Origin: Halocafeteria seosinensis
Taxonomy: Eukaryota
DNA length: 64,000 nt
Direction of reading: 5' to 3'
Assembly: GCA_001687465.1 (NCBI GenBank)
Contig: LVLI01000231.1
Coordinates: 124,001-188,000 of the forward strand
Numbering within the stretch: the first letter of the stretch is position 1; the number at the start of each line of letters is the position of its first letter. Below are positions 50,717-61,817 of the stretch, piece by piece. The notes under the pieces were generated by a model. It saw only the letters and a list, made by a program, of their open reading frames with translations, searched no databases and was not told where the DNA came from. Both the position numbers and the translations under genes were made by a program.

Positions 50717-51105
50717 TATCCTTGAGGGCGGTAGATTTCCACTCACATACACCAAATATTATTTACAATGGGCTAACCACATACAATACTGAACCAAATC
50801 ATACACTTTTGGAAACAGCGTAATGACTGGCCGTCATTACAACGGAAGACTTCCCACGTTGAAGTACGGCGATGGTTGAACTTGGTCAACGCGGGCTGCA
50901 TTATGCCTGCATACAATACGGCATAGCCTCCCTATTTTACCACCATCTGGAGGTTTGTTCATTGTCTCCGTGTGTGTATGTGCACCAAGCAGCGGACACC
51001 GCAAGAAACAAAAGACGACACTGTTTCCTTACTTTTTGTTGTGAGGAACAAACTTGAAGCAGCAAAGATATCCATTTTTTGTCGGCGACGCTTTCTTCCT
51101 CTTGC

Positions 51106-53045
51106 ATGATGACGCTTCGGCCTACGAGTTGCACGTTTGCCGCTGTGGCGCTGGCAGGCATAGTAGTCTCGTGCTGCCTTCGCGAAGTGAGCGCAAAAAT
51201 CGTGAAGGGTGAGCAGCAGATATGATCCAGTACAACTCTCTGTTTCGTTTATGATGCTGTTTATTGTTCATACATACTCAGGATCCGCCTCCGGAGAAAC
51301 CTTCCTATATTTGACAGACTTCTGTTTTGCTGATGGGGGAAAGGGTATGTGCAGGGTACAGCTTACTGAAGTGGTTTTGCAGCCGTTGCACCCCTGTTAT
51401 TTCTCTGTGCAGATAATAAGGATCCAGTAGGATCGGTGCACATTGAGGTGGACACACCTCAACCGAATTTATTTGTATACATGTTTAATGATTCTAAGGA
51501 CAGGTATGGAATAGGCCACTTTCGATATTTCCCCCCACCAGGTGGAGACTCTCTGATTTCTGACGCAGCTTCCCGGCCGCAAAGGATAAAGGATGTAACC
51601 AGGCCACAAGCCCTCAAGGAGACGATGGGCAACCTTACTACGCTGATGCAACGAATATAGGGAAGAAGTCACCTTATTCGAGAGATTTTTTTGGCGTCGA
51701 CGGCCCAAGATTCTGGTACTTCCTCTCAGCTGTCAAGCACTGCAATGAGAACGTGAAGATTGATTCAATGAAAATCCATTTGAAGAACGGTAAATCGGAA
51801 TTAAGCTACGACGAATTTGGTATGTCAAACTACTTATGATTCCTTTCAAGCATTCTAACCAGTGCTGACGCCCCTGTGGTGCAGGTATTCCGGGAGCTAT
51901 GGCGTTCTTCGGCGTTGTGTGGATACTTGGACTCATCGTTTACATCTGGAAACATATGCAAACGTCAACGACAGATCGATTGTTCGTTCGAGGATTTATC
52001 GGTTGTTTTTCGGTGCGGACAGTGGGACTCATTTTTCTCTCTGCTTACTGGTTGGATTACAAGGCCACCGGACTACAGGTTGGCGTGGTGGAGGACATTG
52101 GACGGCGTAAGTGTATCGCCAACTTTTCTTGTATCGGGCATTTGAAAGCAAATGCGTTGATACCTACTTGCAGTCTTCTACATTTTCTCTCATATTATGA
52201 TGTGGACGACCGCGTTGACGATGTCTGAGGGTATTTTCTCCCGGGTCAAAGACATGACGTTCCGAGACTATGATGCGAGTGCTCTGGCGTTATTACTTGG
52301 TTGCGTCATCGTACTGCTGTATCTATCACTAGCTGTATGGTTTGAGTTTGGACACGCTCCATACTCTACTCGCTATGTTTACGATACTGGTATGTTGTGT
52401 CTCTGGCTGGGCATATATGAATAATAAATATCACTGACGATGCAAAGGCGATTTGTTGCAGGCATTGGCATCGCAATATCCGTGATTGTTGCCTTGTTAG
52501 GAGCAGTGTTTTTGTACCGATTACGAAAGCTCTTTGTGAGCAAGACGTTTAACCAGAAACGGAAGGATTACTTAAAGCTGCTGGCAGTACTTATGCCGTA
52601 AGTGGAATAACAATGGCGGTAACGGATGCTGGTTCACCTGCACGTTTGCAAATTCTGCCCAGACCATGCTTTTTGATCCCTATAGCGGACATGATTGTAG
52701 GAGGGACTTCTCCCGCTTGGAGGAGGAAAAACACTGTTGCCGTGTTTGATCTACTGTTTGTTACCATAACGGGGACGCTCATTGTATTCATTACGTGGCC
52801 AAGCCACGAAATATTCGAAGAGGTAGGTTTCCACCGTACCTGGGAATAATACGTAGAGCTTTAAAGCACGATTTTTTGTATTTGTACAGGACAACGACAA
52901 CGGAGTGGAAGACAACGACCAATGGCAGGAAGCCACTCAAAGGCTGGTGGAGAATGATGAAATTGATCACGATAATCTCGACGAAGAGGAGGACGGTGAT
53001 GCCGTCTTCAAGGCAAACGAAGCCATCGGAGACGAGCAATTATGA
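51106..53045 (+). CDS. GPR180/TMEM145-like GOLD-7TM protein; 8 short introns
   Basis: Signal peptide, FLYLTDFCF, PRFWYF, ELSYDEFG, several TM helices, acidic tail. Every junction is canonical GT-AG and preserves the frame to TGA 53043-53045. Confidence 0.78.
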
Positions 53046-53093
53046 GTCCACAGCGCGTGTGAATTTATATTTCGTGTTACAATGCATGGAGTG

Positions 53094-54276
53094 TCAACCG
53101 GTTTGCCTTCCTTCTGTTTCTCCCGTGATTGGGTCAGCGGGGTCCCGAGAGACCTCTGATCCCTGGCTCGACAGGGAATGAACGGGATGGTCAAACGCAT
53201 AATCATCTCGGGTTACGCACTGCTCATAAGGACCACTACTTTTCTGAGATTTCCTGTTGGAACGAAACCGGCGGAGTGCTCTGACTGGAGTAGTAAAAGC
53301 GTTCTTTGCTCTTTGAGCTACACGCTTGCGGAGTGGGACGTGGTCTAACTGCGGGTTCGGCGTTTGCGATGATGTCTCAGAATTAGCTTCTCCACTGGCG
53401 CTTTCGAGGTTCGTCTCAACCTGATGCAAAGACGCATTGACAACATCCGCGTGATCAACTTCTCCCCTTCCCGATTGTAGTGTAGCAGTATCCTCCTCTG
53501 GCCGTGGCGCAGTTGCCTGCGCCGGTCGCGAACAACTGCACGATTTTTTCGTGTACCAGACGGTCACAGCAGCGTATGTGAGTGCAATGAAACACCATTT
53601 CCTAAGAGCCGATATAGGTTCGCGCCTGTATAAATTCTCGTCCTTATCAAGGCACATCTCCCCACTTGACCACGTTCGATGTCGAGGGCACCGAACAGGA
53701 GTGGGGGCCACTCTGGTTTCATCCAGTCGTCGGATGTCAACCCCATACCCTAACCCTCTCAACATGAGGACTGCCAGTGATAGCGCCAGCATTGTCCTCG
53801 GTACATCCCTCGTAAGAAATTGTAACATCGAGGGAAGCACTTTTTCTTGCAATTGCTCAGTAAAATAATAGATCCTGCTTTTTTCCACGGGAACACAGTT
53901 GTTTCCTCGTTTCTGTGCTACGCATTTGTACTCGAAGCCAGGGGTAAACTCCATCCCAGGCAGGCCTCCTTTCGTTTCATACATAGTGGCTTCACGACGG
54001 CGAGGGCGCTGATGTGGAGGCGTCTGCTCAAACTGCGCACTTCTTTCACTCTGCAACGTCTCTTCATGCTGCGGTCTGCCACTGTCAACTTGATCACTAG
54101 TTTCAACTGCACACACGCCACAGACAGAGTTCAAGACGAATGAACATGTTAATTACTCGATCGAGCTCCTACATACAGTCAGAGAATGCTCCGGACAGCC
54201 TGAGCTGCCACAGTGTGGCTTCTAGAAAGAAAAAAGCCACCGCCGCTACCGCAAGGTATCTCACAGAGACCACCAT
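53094..54276 (-). CDS. Hypothetical membrane protein (signal anchor plus 2 TM); intron 54176-54107
   Basis: MVVSVRYLAVAAVAFFF exon joins ORF 53094-54134 in frame. Confidence 0.65.
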
Positions 54277-54534
54277 TGCTTCCTCTCCTTCTCCACCTGA
54301 ACGAGAAAACAACAGTGGACTCTCTTTCTCTTTCTCTTTAGTATATGTTCCTTGAAATTGTGCCACGAATGCGCTCGGAAAACAACACAAAACGCGACGT
54401 GACGTGTCCGTTCACGGCACGGCGTTCTCTAGCGCGCCGCGCGCGGAAAGATGGAGAGAAGTTGCACTTGATGGCATGGGATGGTACAACCTATTTAGTT
54501 TGAAAGAAGTCACGGTACGAATTCGTTTATTCAA

Positions 54535-55501
54535 TTAAGACATTATCATGCGGCCGATCGCACGCCCACTTCTCACGCACATATTCTGCATGAATTGAAG
54601 CCCTCGTCGGCCACCAGGAATTGAACTGGCAGCATACCACAGGAGCACAGAGACCTGTACGGCAAGTCCTAGAATAGTAAAAATCAAACTATTCATGATA
54701 ATTGATGCATAAAGCGTCAACACTGCAATAGGTGGAAACAAAATTTAGTACACTAAAGAGTGAAAATCCCCCTGTATACTGGCACAGACTTACTTAGGGA
54801 GCCTATATAGCTCGCACTAAACCATGCACGATCAGCGGTAAATAATCCACGCACAGTCCTCCTTGGACCATTCAATACAGCAAACGAGCTCATAAACAGA
54901 ATGCTTCCCAAGGAACAGCTTAGAGCAAACTTCGATGGGACGATAATCAAGACAGGGAGAAACAGAAATATTGCCAAACAAAACAGTACCATGCTTCCAC
55001 TAAACAAGAGAAGGAATAGCTGAAAGCGCTGAGTCCTGCGAGACATACGACAAAGTTACAATTTCCTGTGACAAATAAAACGGCGAATATCATGCAGTGG
55101 TGGGCCACTCACCTGGACAAGCCACAGTTGTCTCCTTCTTCTTGGGACTGGCCCACGTTGGACCACATGCGCTGCAATAACGTATCCGACTCTCCACCTT
55201 CTTGAGTGTTTGCCTCGGCATCGACAGGACCTGCAGCTGTGTCCCCATTCGTGTTATGTCCTCCATTTTCAATATCAGTCTCTCCTCGTGTCCATTGGTC
55301 GAAAAACGAGCTAACTCTACTACTCGTTTGCTTCCAGGCATTCTGCGCCTTCTCTAGAGGAGTTGATTCGCTTTCAAACGTGTTTGCCATTGCCGTCGTC
55401 GCTCCTTCTCCACTTCGTTGCGTTTGCCTCTGCTCGAACCACTTGCCAAAACTTGTGTTGGCACCATTCGCCCTTCCACCTCCCGCTGTTCCATTGCTCA
55501 T
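54535..55501 (-). CDS. SFT2: Vesicle transport protein Sft2/Got1 family; introns 55112-55036 and 54793-54723
   Basis: LSRTQRF..PSKFALSCSLGS..YIGSL..LTLY..Q..LLWYAASSIPGGRRGL. Confidence 0.88.
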
Positions 55502-55966
55502 AATGCCACTGTGAGCACCTCCGAATGCGTTGTACCGCAAAATTGTTGCTGCTTCCCGTTTTCTTCCTCCGAAACCAGAGAGCAAATTTTTGCGATTCTT
55601 TGACGAAAATCGACGACTACCGAACCTATCGACCATGGGACTGCGTGTGCATGTATGTAATAACACGTCCCGGACCGGGCACACTTCTAGTTCAACTCGG
55701 GGTCGTCTCGTCTTCCCCGGCGTATACGTACACACCAAGTGGACAAGACTACTAGTAGTACACACGTCGTGCAGTTGGATGGGGTGTTGTCATAAAGCGT
55801 GGATTGCGTTTTGCTGGAAGCAAAACGAAAATAAAGACAATATCCCTCGAAACGACGGTCAAGGGGCGCAGGAAGAGACAGTGTTAAGAGAGCTCGAAAC
55901 CGTGCCTTCAAGAGCCATCATGCACATTATCGAGCTAGAACGTGAATAAGGACTCTGAGCGACGTG

Positions 55967-57036
55967 ATGCAACAGCAGCAGCGCCCGCATCACCCTCACC
56001 ACGACCCATGTGCAGGGACGACGGCAAACCGCCTCTTTGGATACTCATCCTTCCGGGAGGAGAGCGTCGTGGATCCTACAGAGACTGTTCTTACTGTTGG
56101 AGGGAATTCTTCTAGTCCAAAGAAACATGGAGGATGGATAACAACGTACTTGAACGCCGGCCAGGAAGAAGGTGTCCAGTCAGCGACAACGACCAGCTCG
56201 TTGCTGGCACCACCTCAGGAGATGGCTGCCAAAGGCTCACCAAACAGAAGACAAAATAACGAACTCTCAGGAGGGACTACTAACATGAGACGTCCTGGAA
56301 ACCCGCATGCCTCTGAACTTGAGGGTTTCAGCCGTAAGTCTACATTTTGGCAGCTAGAAGTATCTTCCATGTCTTTAATGCTTCCGGGTATTCTGCAGGT
56401 ATTAATATCGGGAGTGTTTATTCTGGTGCTCGCACTTCTGGAAAACGAGATAGAGAAACGGGATCTGTGCAAACAAGTTCTACCAAGGAGAGGAGGACAA
56501 ATCGACAATCCCCCGACGGCACCCCTCACAGTTACTCGGTGAACGCCCTTTACGAACCATCAGTAAAAATGTTCAAATGGAGAAGCTCATCTGTACCTAA
56601 AAACTGGACCGCTTCGACTCAGTCTCCTCCACTTCTTTCTCTACGTAACCCAGGAAGCAATCCCTCGGAGCTGAGTCTGGGTCTGACCAAGCCAGCTGGC
56701 GTGAGACCTGCGTTTCCCGTTGATAATCCTCGCCAATCTTACGATTCATTTTCAGAATCTCCACGCAGAAAACGTGATACCCCCGTTGGGAAAGACCCTG
56801 CTGCACAAGTGATGTCCCCCGTATCCGATAGCTCTGTAATCGGCCATGGACCTCGTGGAGATAACACGGATTCTGGAAACACCGCCGCGGACCACCCTTC
56901 TCCTCGCCGCTCAGTAAAGCGAAGGCGCGATTCCGATCGTTGTCTACGTCATCAACTTTCTCGAGTGAGTGTATCGGAGGGAGAAACATTTCCAGAAACC
57001 GAAGAAAAGAGCGGTTACCATTCTCCATTGACGTAG
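55967..57036 (+). CDS. Hypothetical disordered Ser/Pro-rich protein; intron 56334-56398
   Basis: A GTAAGT..TGCAG intron joins the two overlapping ORFs in frame. Confidence 0.6.
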
Positions 57037-57311
57037 AGGGCTCCTTGTTTCGACTGTTTGGGTGGTACAGCGTTGGCACCGTATGATTAGACCGTATTAG
57101 TTTATGACATATAGTATGGAAACAGAGAAAAGAATGTGACAAAGGAGGAATGCACCGTATGTAGTAAACAATGCCTGTCTCCGCTGAAGCTGTAATGTCA
57201 TGGATAGGACAATGACGCAGTAAAACATGGGACCTACAGGTGGTACAATCTTGCAACTCCCAAGCTGTATTGTTGTGATTCATATCATGTTCATATCTGG
57301 TGTTACAATAA

Positions 57312-59707
57312 TTAGTAGGCTCCCTCGAAATCTATATCGCTCCCTCCGGGTACGCTATTGATGCCAAATCCGAACCCCGATGAACTGACATCGGGGGCAA
57401 CAGCTTCATCTTCCAACTCATCATCCTCATCAAAGTACGAATTCAAAATATGCACTGCTTTTTGATATACATCTTGGTTGTCCGACGTTTCGAGAGCTTC
57501 AATCTTGGAGGCACCGTCTGCTTCCTCCAGTTTAACTGCATAGGGGTTTTGCTCAAGATGCCGTTCCTCCGATTCGACATCTCCAATTTTTAGGATGTTC
57601 TCGATTCCTTCCAAAGCCACCAGCACAATCCTTGGATCTCTCACTGATAGGAGATTTAAGAGAGGCGGGATGCAATCGCATTGCACCAAGTAGGCTATCT
57701 GTTCTTTGTTTCCGCCGCTAGTAGCGTTGGAAATTGCCCATGCTGCTTCCTTCTTAATCTCGTATTCTTCTTGGTGCAACACAGTAACCAACGTGGGTAC
57801 AATGTCAGCTTGGATTACAGCCTGAATTTGCTCGACAGTACCAGCCATCGCATTGCTGATCGTCCAACATGCTTCTTTGCAAATTGCTTTACGCTGGCAA
57901 CGCATCAAGGCATGAAGAGCAGGCAGTGCATTGGCATTAATAACTGTTTGCGTCTGTACGTCATCGCCAGTAACAATGTTTCCCACAGTCCGCAAGGCCG
58001 GAGTCACGACTGACGGATTGGGCCTGGAGAGCAATTCCACGAGACGTTTAACAGCTCCACTTTCTACCACTGCTTGAATTTTCTCAGGTGAGCCATCACT
58101 CAGGTAACTCATTGCCCAACAGGCATCTGTCAGTACCTCGTCATCGTTTGACCACAAAATTTGCGCCAGAGTGGGTAATGCGTGGCGCACTAGTTCAAAC
58201 TTAGGCTGCGGTTTACCTCTGCGAAAAACAGTGGACGATACTAATAGGAAATGCATCGAACAAACCCAACCAAGCACCCTACCTGCACAAATTCGAGAGA
58301 GTCCAAGTTGCGTTTCGCAGCATCGTGAGGTGGCTACTGGAAGTCTGTAAGCATTCCAGAAGCGGAGCCAAGACACCTGCGTCCGGAAAGTGCGATACAT
58401 TAGTTATGTCGAAAGTTGGTGCACAAGGTAGTCCATGTCCATACCGTATTGAAGCAACATATCGCGGAACTGGGTACAATCTCCAGCAATATTTCCGAGC
58501 GCCCACACGGATTGCTCTTTCACCTCAAAATCATGAGAGCGAAGCAGCCTGACAAAGATGGGTACAGCTCCAGAGTCGACAACTGATCTTGTATGCTCGG
58601 AGTTACCCGACGCAATGTTAGTTAACGCCCACGCCGCTTCGAACTGTATATAGAAATTGAATAGCGGCCACCAAGATCATGAAAAACTAGAAAACGATTG
58701 ACTTCACGAATGATTAGCGTACCTGTAGCTTAGTGTTCGCTTCGTACTGAAGGAACTCAACAAACTTTGGCACTACCCCAGCGTTGATCACCTCCTGTAT
58801 TGGCGGATTTCTTTCTGAAATACATGAAATGCATCCATTATCCACACAAGCAGGTACGAGGAGGATACAACCTGAACATAAAACATACCAATGGAAAGCC
58901 ATTTCCTAAACTTGGTTGTCGCTTCCACTTGAACATTCTCGTCAGGGGTGTAGAGTCCTTGGGTAGCATTTCGTAGCTCGTCTTGAGTCAGTGCAGGCAT
59001 AGCCTGCTTCGTATTGTTTGCATGCGGTGCATTCACCCCGTTTGCACCTCCCTGAGCAGGGTTCGAAGGAGCCATACGTCGTTTGGCCAACTGATCCTTG
59101 CGTTTCTCCTTTCTTATGCTAATCTGGTACTCTTCCCTTCTTCGGCGCCCTTCCTCTTGGTTGGGCCCTGCAGATATATACGAATTCAAAAAGGTTATAA
59201 ACAAGAGCGAGCGGTTGTTTCACTCCGAAACGAAAAAATCCAAGTATTCAAAGTGAGCTTGAACAAGGCACAACGACAAAAAGAGGTTTATAGGGGGGAC
59301 ATGGGGGGAGCTGAAGGGGAAACCCCGTACTCCCTTGTCCTTTCGCACTCCATTGTCTCGCTTTTTCATATCCTCAATCAGACACTCTATCGCTTCTCAG
59401 GCTACTCTTGCAGCGAGGAAGCGTAACCTGCTGATACTGAACGAGGGGAATGGGGAGCCCCGGCAGCCCTCGGAACCCAGAAGAAGACAATTATGGACCG
59501 GAAAATTGATCCACGGGATATGTGTTTTATACCCCTTTACGGTCAGTCCCTTTCCATTGTCTTTAGTCCTCACTCTTTACGTCGTACACTCATGCACGTC
59601 TAGGTGCATAAAAGAGGGCCTTCGTTGCCAGAACAAGGGAGAAAAAGCAGAGGAAGGAAAGGGAATAGCTCACCTTTTTTGAGCTGGCGCTGGCGTTCCG
59701 CCAGCAT
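57312..59707 (-). CDS. KPNA: Importin alpha; first coding exon 59707-59674 ([11 protein letters not shown]), 506-nt intron 1, then four short introns
   Basis: IBB domain [26 protein letters not shown] repeats [47 protein letters not shown]. Confidence 0.95.
59168..59673 (-). ncRNA. Candidate structured intronic RNA in importin alpha intron 1 (H/ACA-like or splicing-regulatory)
   Basis: Intron is about 7 times the local norm. Several long stems contain G-U pairs only on the sense strand. ANANNA at 59371-59366 follows one hairpin and ACA at 59218-59216 follows another. Confidence 0.5.
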
Positions 59708-60145
59708 ATCGCTTCCAGGGTTACTCTCGTCTTGCATGATTCCAGTTTACGGATAGATAAGACTATAGACGATATTCATAGATGTATATCTACAGCGTAG
59801 TCACCTTGTTCGTGCTGTTTAAAGGTCTTGACTTCTTCTGAGGAACTCAAAAAAGCAAAAAACGCCCTTTGATGCAATAAATATCACACCGCAACCAAAT
59901 GCAACTACTTGATTAAAACGATATACACATGACACGAATATTTTTATTCAACTGGAGAATCATCCAAAGAGACAATTCAGCCTGATACCTATAGAAAAGT
60001 CTCTCGGCCCCTTCTTCAATCAGACACCAGCCTTGTCCTTCAAGCAAGCCATACACGATTATCCACTAGCTTAAGTTGGCATGATGTTTCAGAGTTGGCT
60101 ATAGTTACTCTCGGTGTAGCGTGGAGGACGAACAAGGAAAAAGGT

Positions 60146-60521
60146 ATGGGTCCTCCTGGAGGTGAAGGTCCCCGTAAACCTCTGCAAATTTGGCATCGAG
60201 GAGCATGGAGGAAAGCTCCTCCACAGAAACGAGGTAAGATAATGACGTAGTTGTGCCTGGCTGAGAGAAGAACACAGGGTAGCGAGATAAACACGTGTTT
60301 TGCGGTACAGCCGAGTTTCTATTCATGATCGGGATCGGTATTATATCGGGCTACATGATCTATGCCCCTGGAATGCGAGTAAGCAATGCTGGTGTACCAT
60401 TTCCTGTCACTGACCCTGATAGTCACTATTGTTCTCCATCCACCTTCTGATATGCTCCCAGGAAGCAGCCAGAAAATATGAACAGGACCAAACCCATGGT
60501 GACGACAAGCCATCTAAGTGA
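60146..60521 (+). CDS. 71-aa single-TM microprotein, PIGBOS1-like; exons 60146-60233, 60311-60378, 60462-60521
   Basis: Two canonical introns (GTAAGA..ACAG 77 nt; GTAAGC..CCAG 83 nt) give MGPPGGEGPRKPLQIWHRGAWRKAPPQKRAEFLFMIGIGIISGYMIYAPGMREAARKYEQDQTHGDDKPSK. Confidence 0.7.
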
Positions 60522-60704
60522 AAGCGTTACATACGCCTCGTAAGGATTCGCTTCCAGAAGTTGCAGCCTTTGCCGTCGTACAGCGAAACAGACAAATGGA
60601 GCGAGTGATAGAAATCTCATACCAAATGCTCCTGTGGATAGCCATTTTGGTGAACTCCGCCAGCCATGGACAGTTGAACGCCACATTGTCAGTAATTGCT
60701 GGTA

Positions 60705-61439
60705 TTATCGGTCATTGACTTCATCTCTGGCTGCTTCTGCTTCCATCTCATCGGCACCGGAAGCGGGTCTTGCCGGTCGAAGTTCTCCTTCTCTGCGCAT
60801 TTCATTACATACAGGTCGTAAAAAAACAGCTAGCAAGCGTAGTGGAACAAGTGTTGAATACCTACCTATCTACAAATTCTATAATAGCCATGGGAGCATT
60901 GTCTCCCTTTCGGTAGCCACATCTCAACACTCTAGTATACCCTCCTGGCCTTGCTCTGTTTCAAAACGAAACAAGTAGATGTTTGCATGCCAGTGTTACC
61001 GACCATGTCGCCGCCAGAACTTACTGGTATCGAGGAGCCAACTGTTCGAATACTTTATGCACTGCGTCGGTGTCGCGCACAAACGCACCTACTTGTCGCT
61101 TCTTATGGAGCGTATCTGCAGTATGCATACGAATGAATCCAGTTGCGTCATGCAATTATGCGAGGTGCAACACACGAAAAGCGTACCTGTTTTGCCTTTG
61201 GTAATTAACTTATCCATAATCGGACGTAAGTCCTTGGCTTTATGCAGGGTGGTCTTTATCCTCTCGTGATGAATCAAAGAGGTAGCCATATTTCTGCAAA
61301 GCGCAAAGAGAGATCTCACCCGTAATATAGAATTACATCGTGCATGAAAAATGAAGGTATATGGGGTTAAAAAATGCAAAACATACCTGAACATTGCCAT
61401 TCGATGGGCTGATGCCCTGGAGAACTTGCGGTGTCTCAT
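60705..61439 (-). CDS. MRPL17: Organellar (probably mitochondrial) ribosomal protein bL17; 4 introns
   Basis: [69 protein letters not shown]. Confidence 0.92.
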
Positions 61440-61817
61440 CCTCCTCTATGGGTGAATTAAATGCGCACAACAACTAAACGAAGTTACAAGAGACGAAACT
61501 AGCATGTACCACAAGCAGATGGCTTCTGACAAGTTCGCCGTACGGAAGAAAACAACAACCCAGCCTCCAAACATGTGAACTGAACGGGGGAAGCCAATCC
61601 ACTTCTCAGCTGTGAATTACATACACCAAAGCTTGTGGAAATGATAAATATAAAAAACACACACAATCCGACAACTCCATAGGAGGGGCGTGTGTTTTGA
61701 TTCTATTGATCTCCATTCATTCTATAGTATTTGAAACATACAGAGAAGAGATAAGAATCCACTTGCTTTTTGAAGGCCTTATCCCGGAGGAGTAATATCT
61801 ATCTATCTACAAAAAAA

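Noticed and set aside
59168..59673. TPP riboswitch, hammerhead, RNase P/MRP or snR30 identity for the long intron
   Set aside because: CUGAGA is present but there is no ACCUGAU core; CUGAUUGA is not CUGANGA; there is no P3 domain or CR-IV/V context; m1/m2 motifs are absent.
60040..60718. Minus-strand ORFs 60040-60686 and plus-strand ORF 60518-60718
   Set aside because: Better explained as shadows of the spliced microprotein gene and 3' UTRs.
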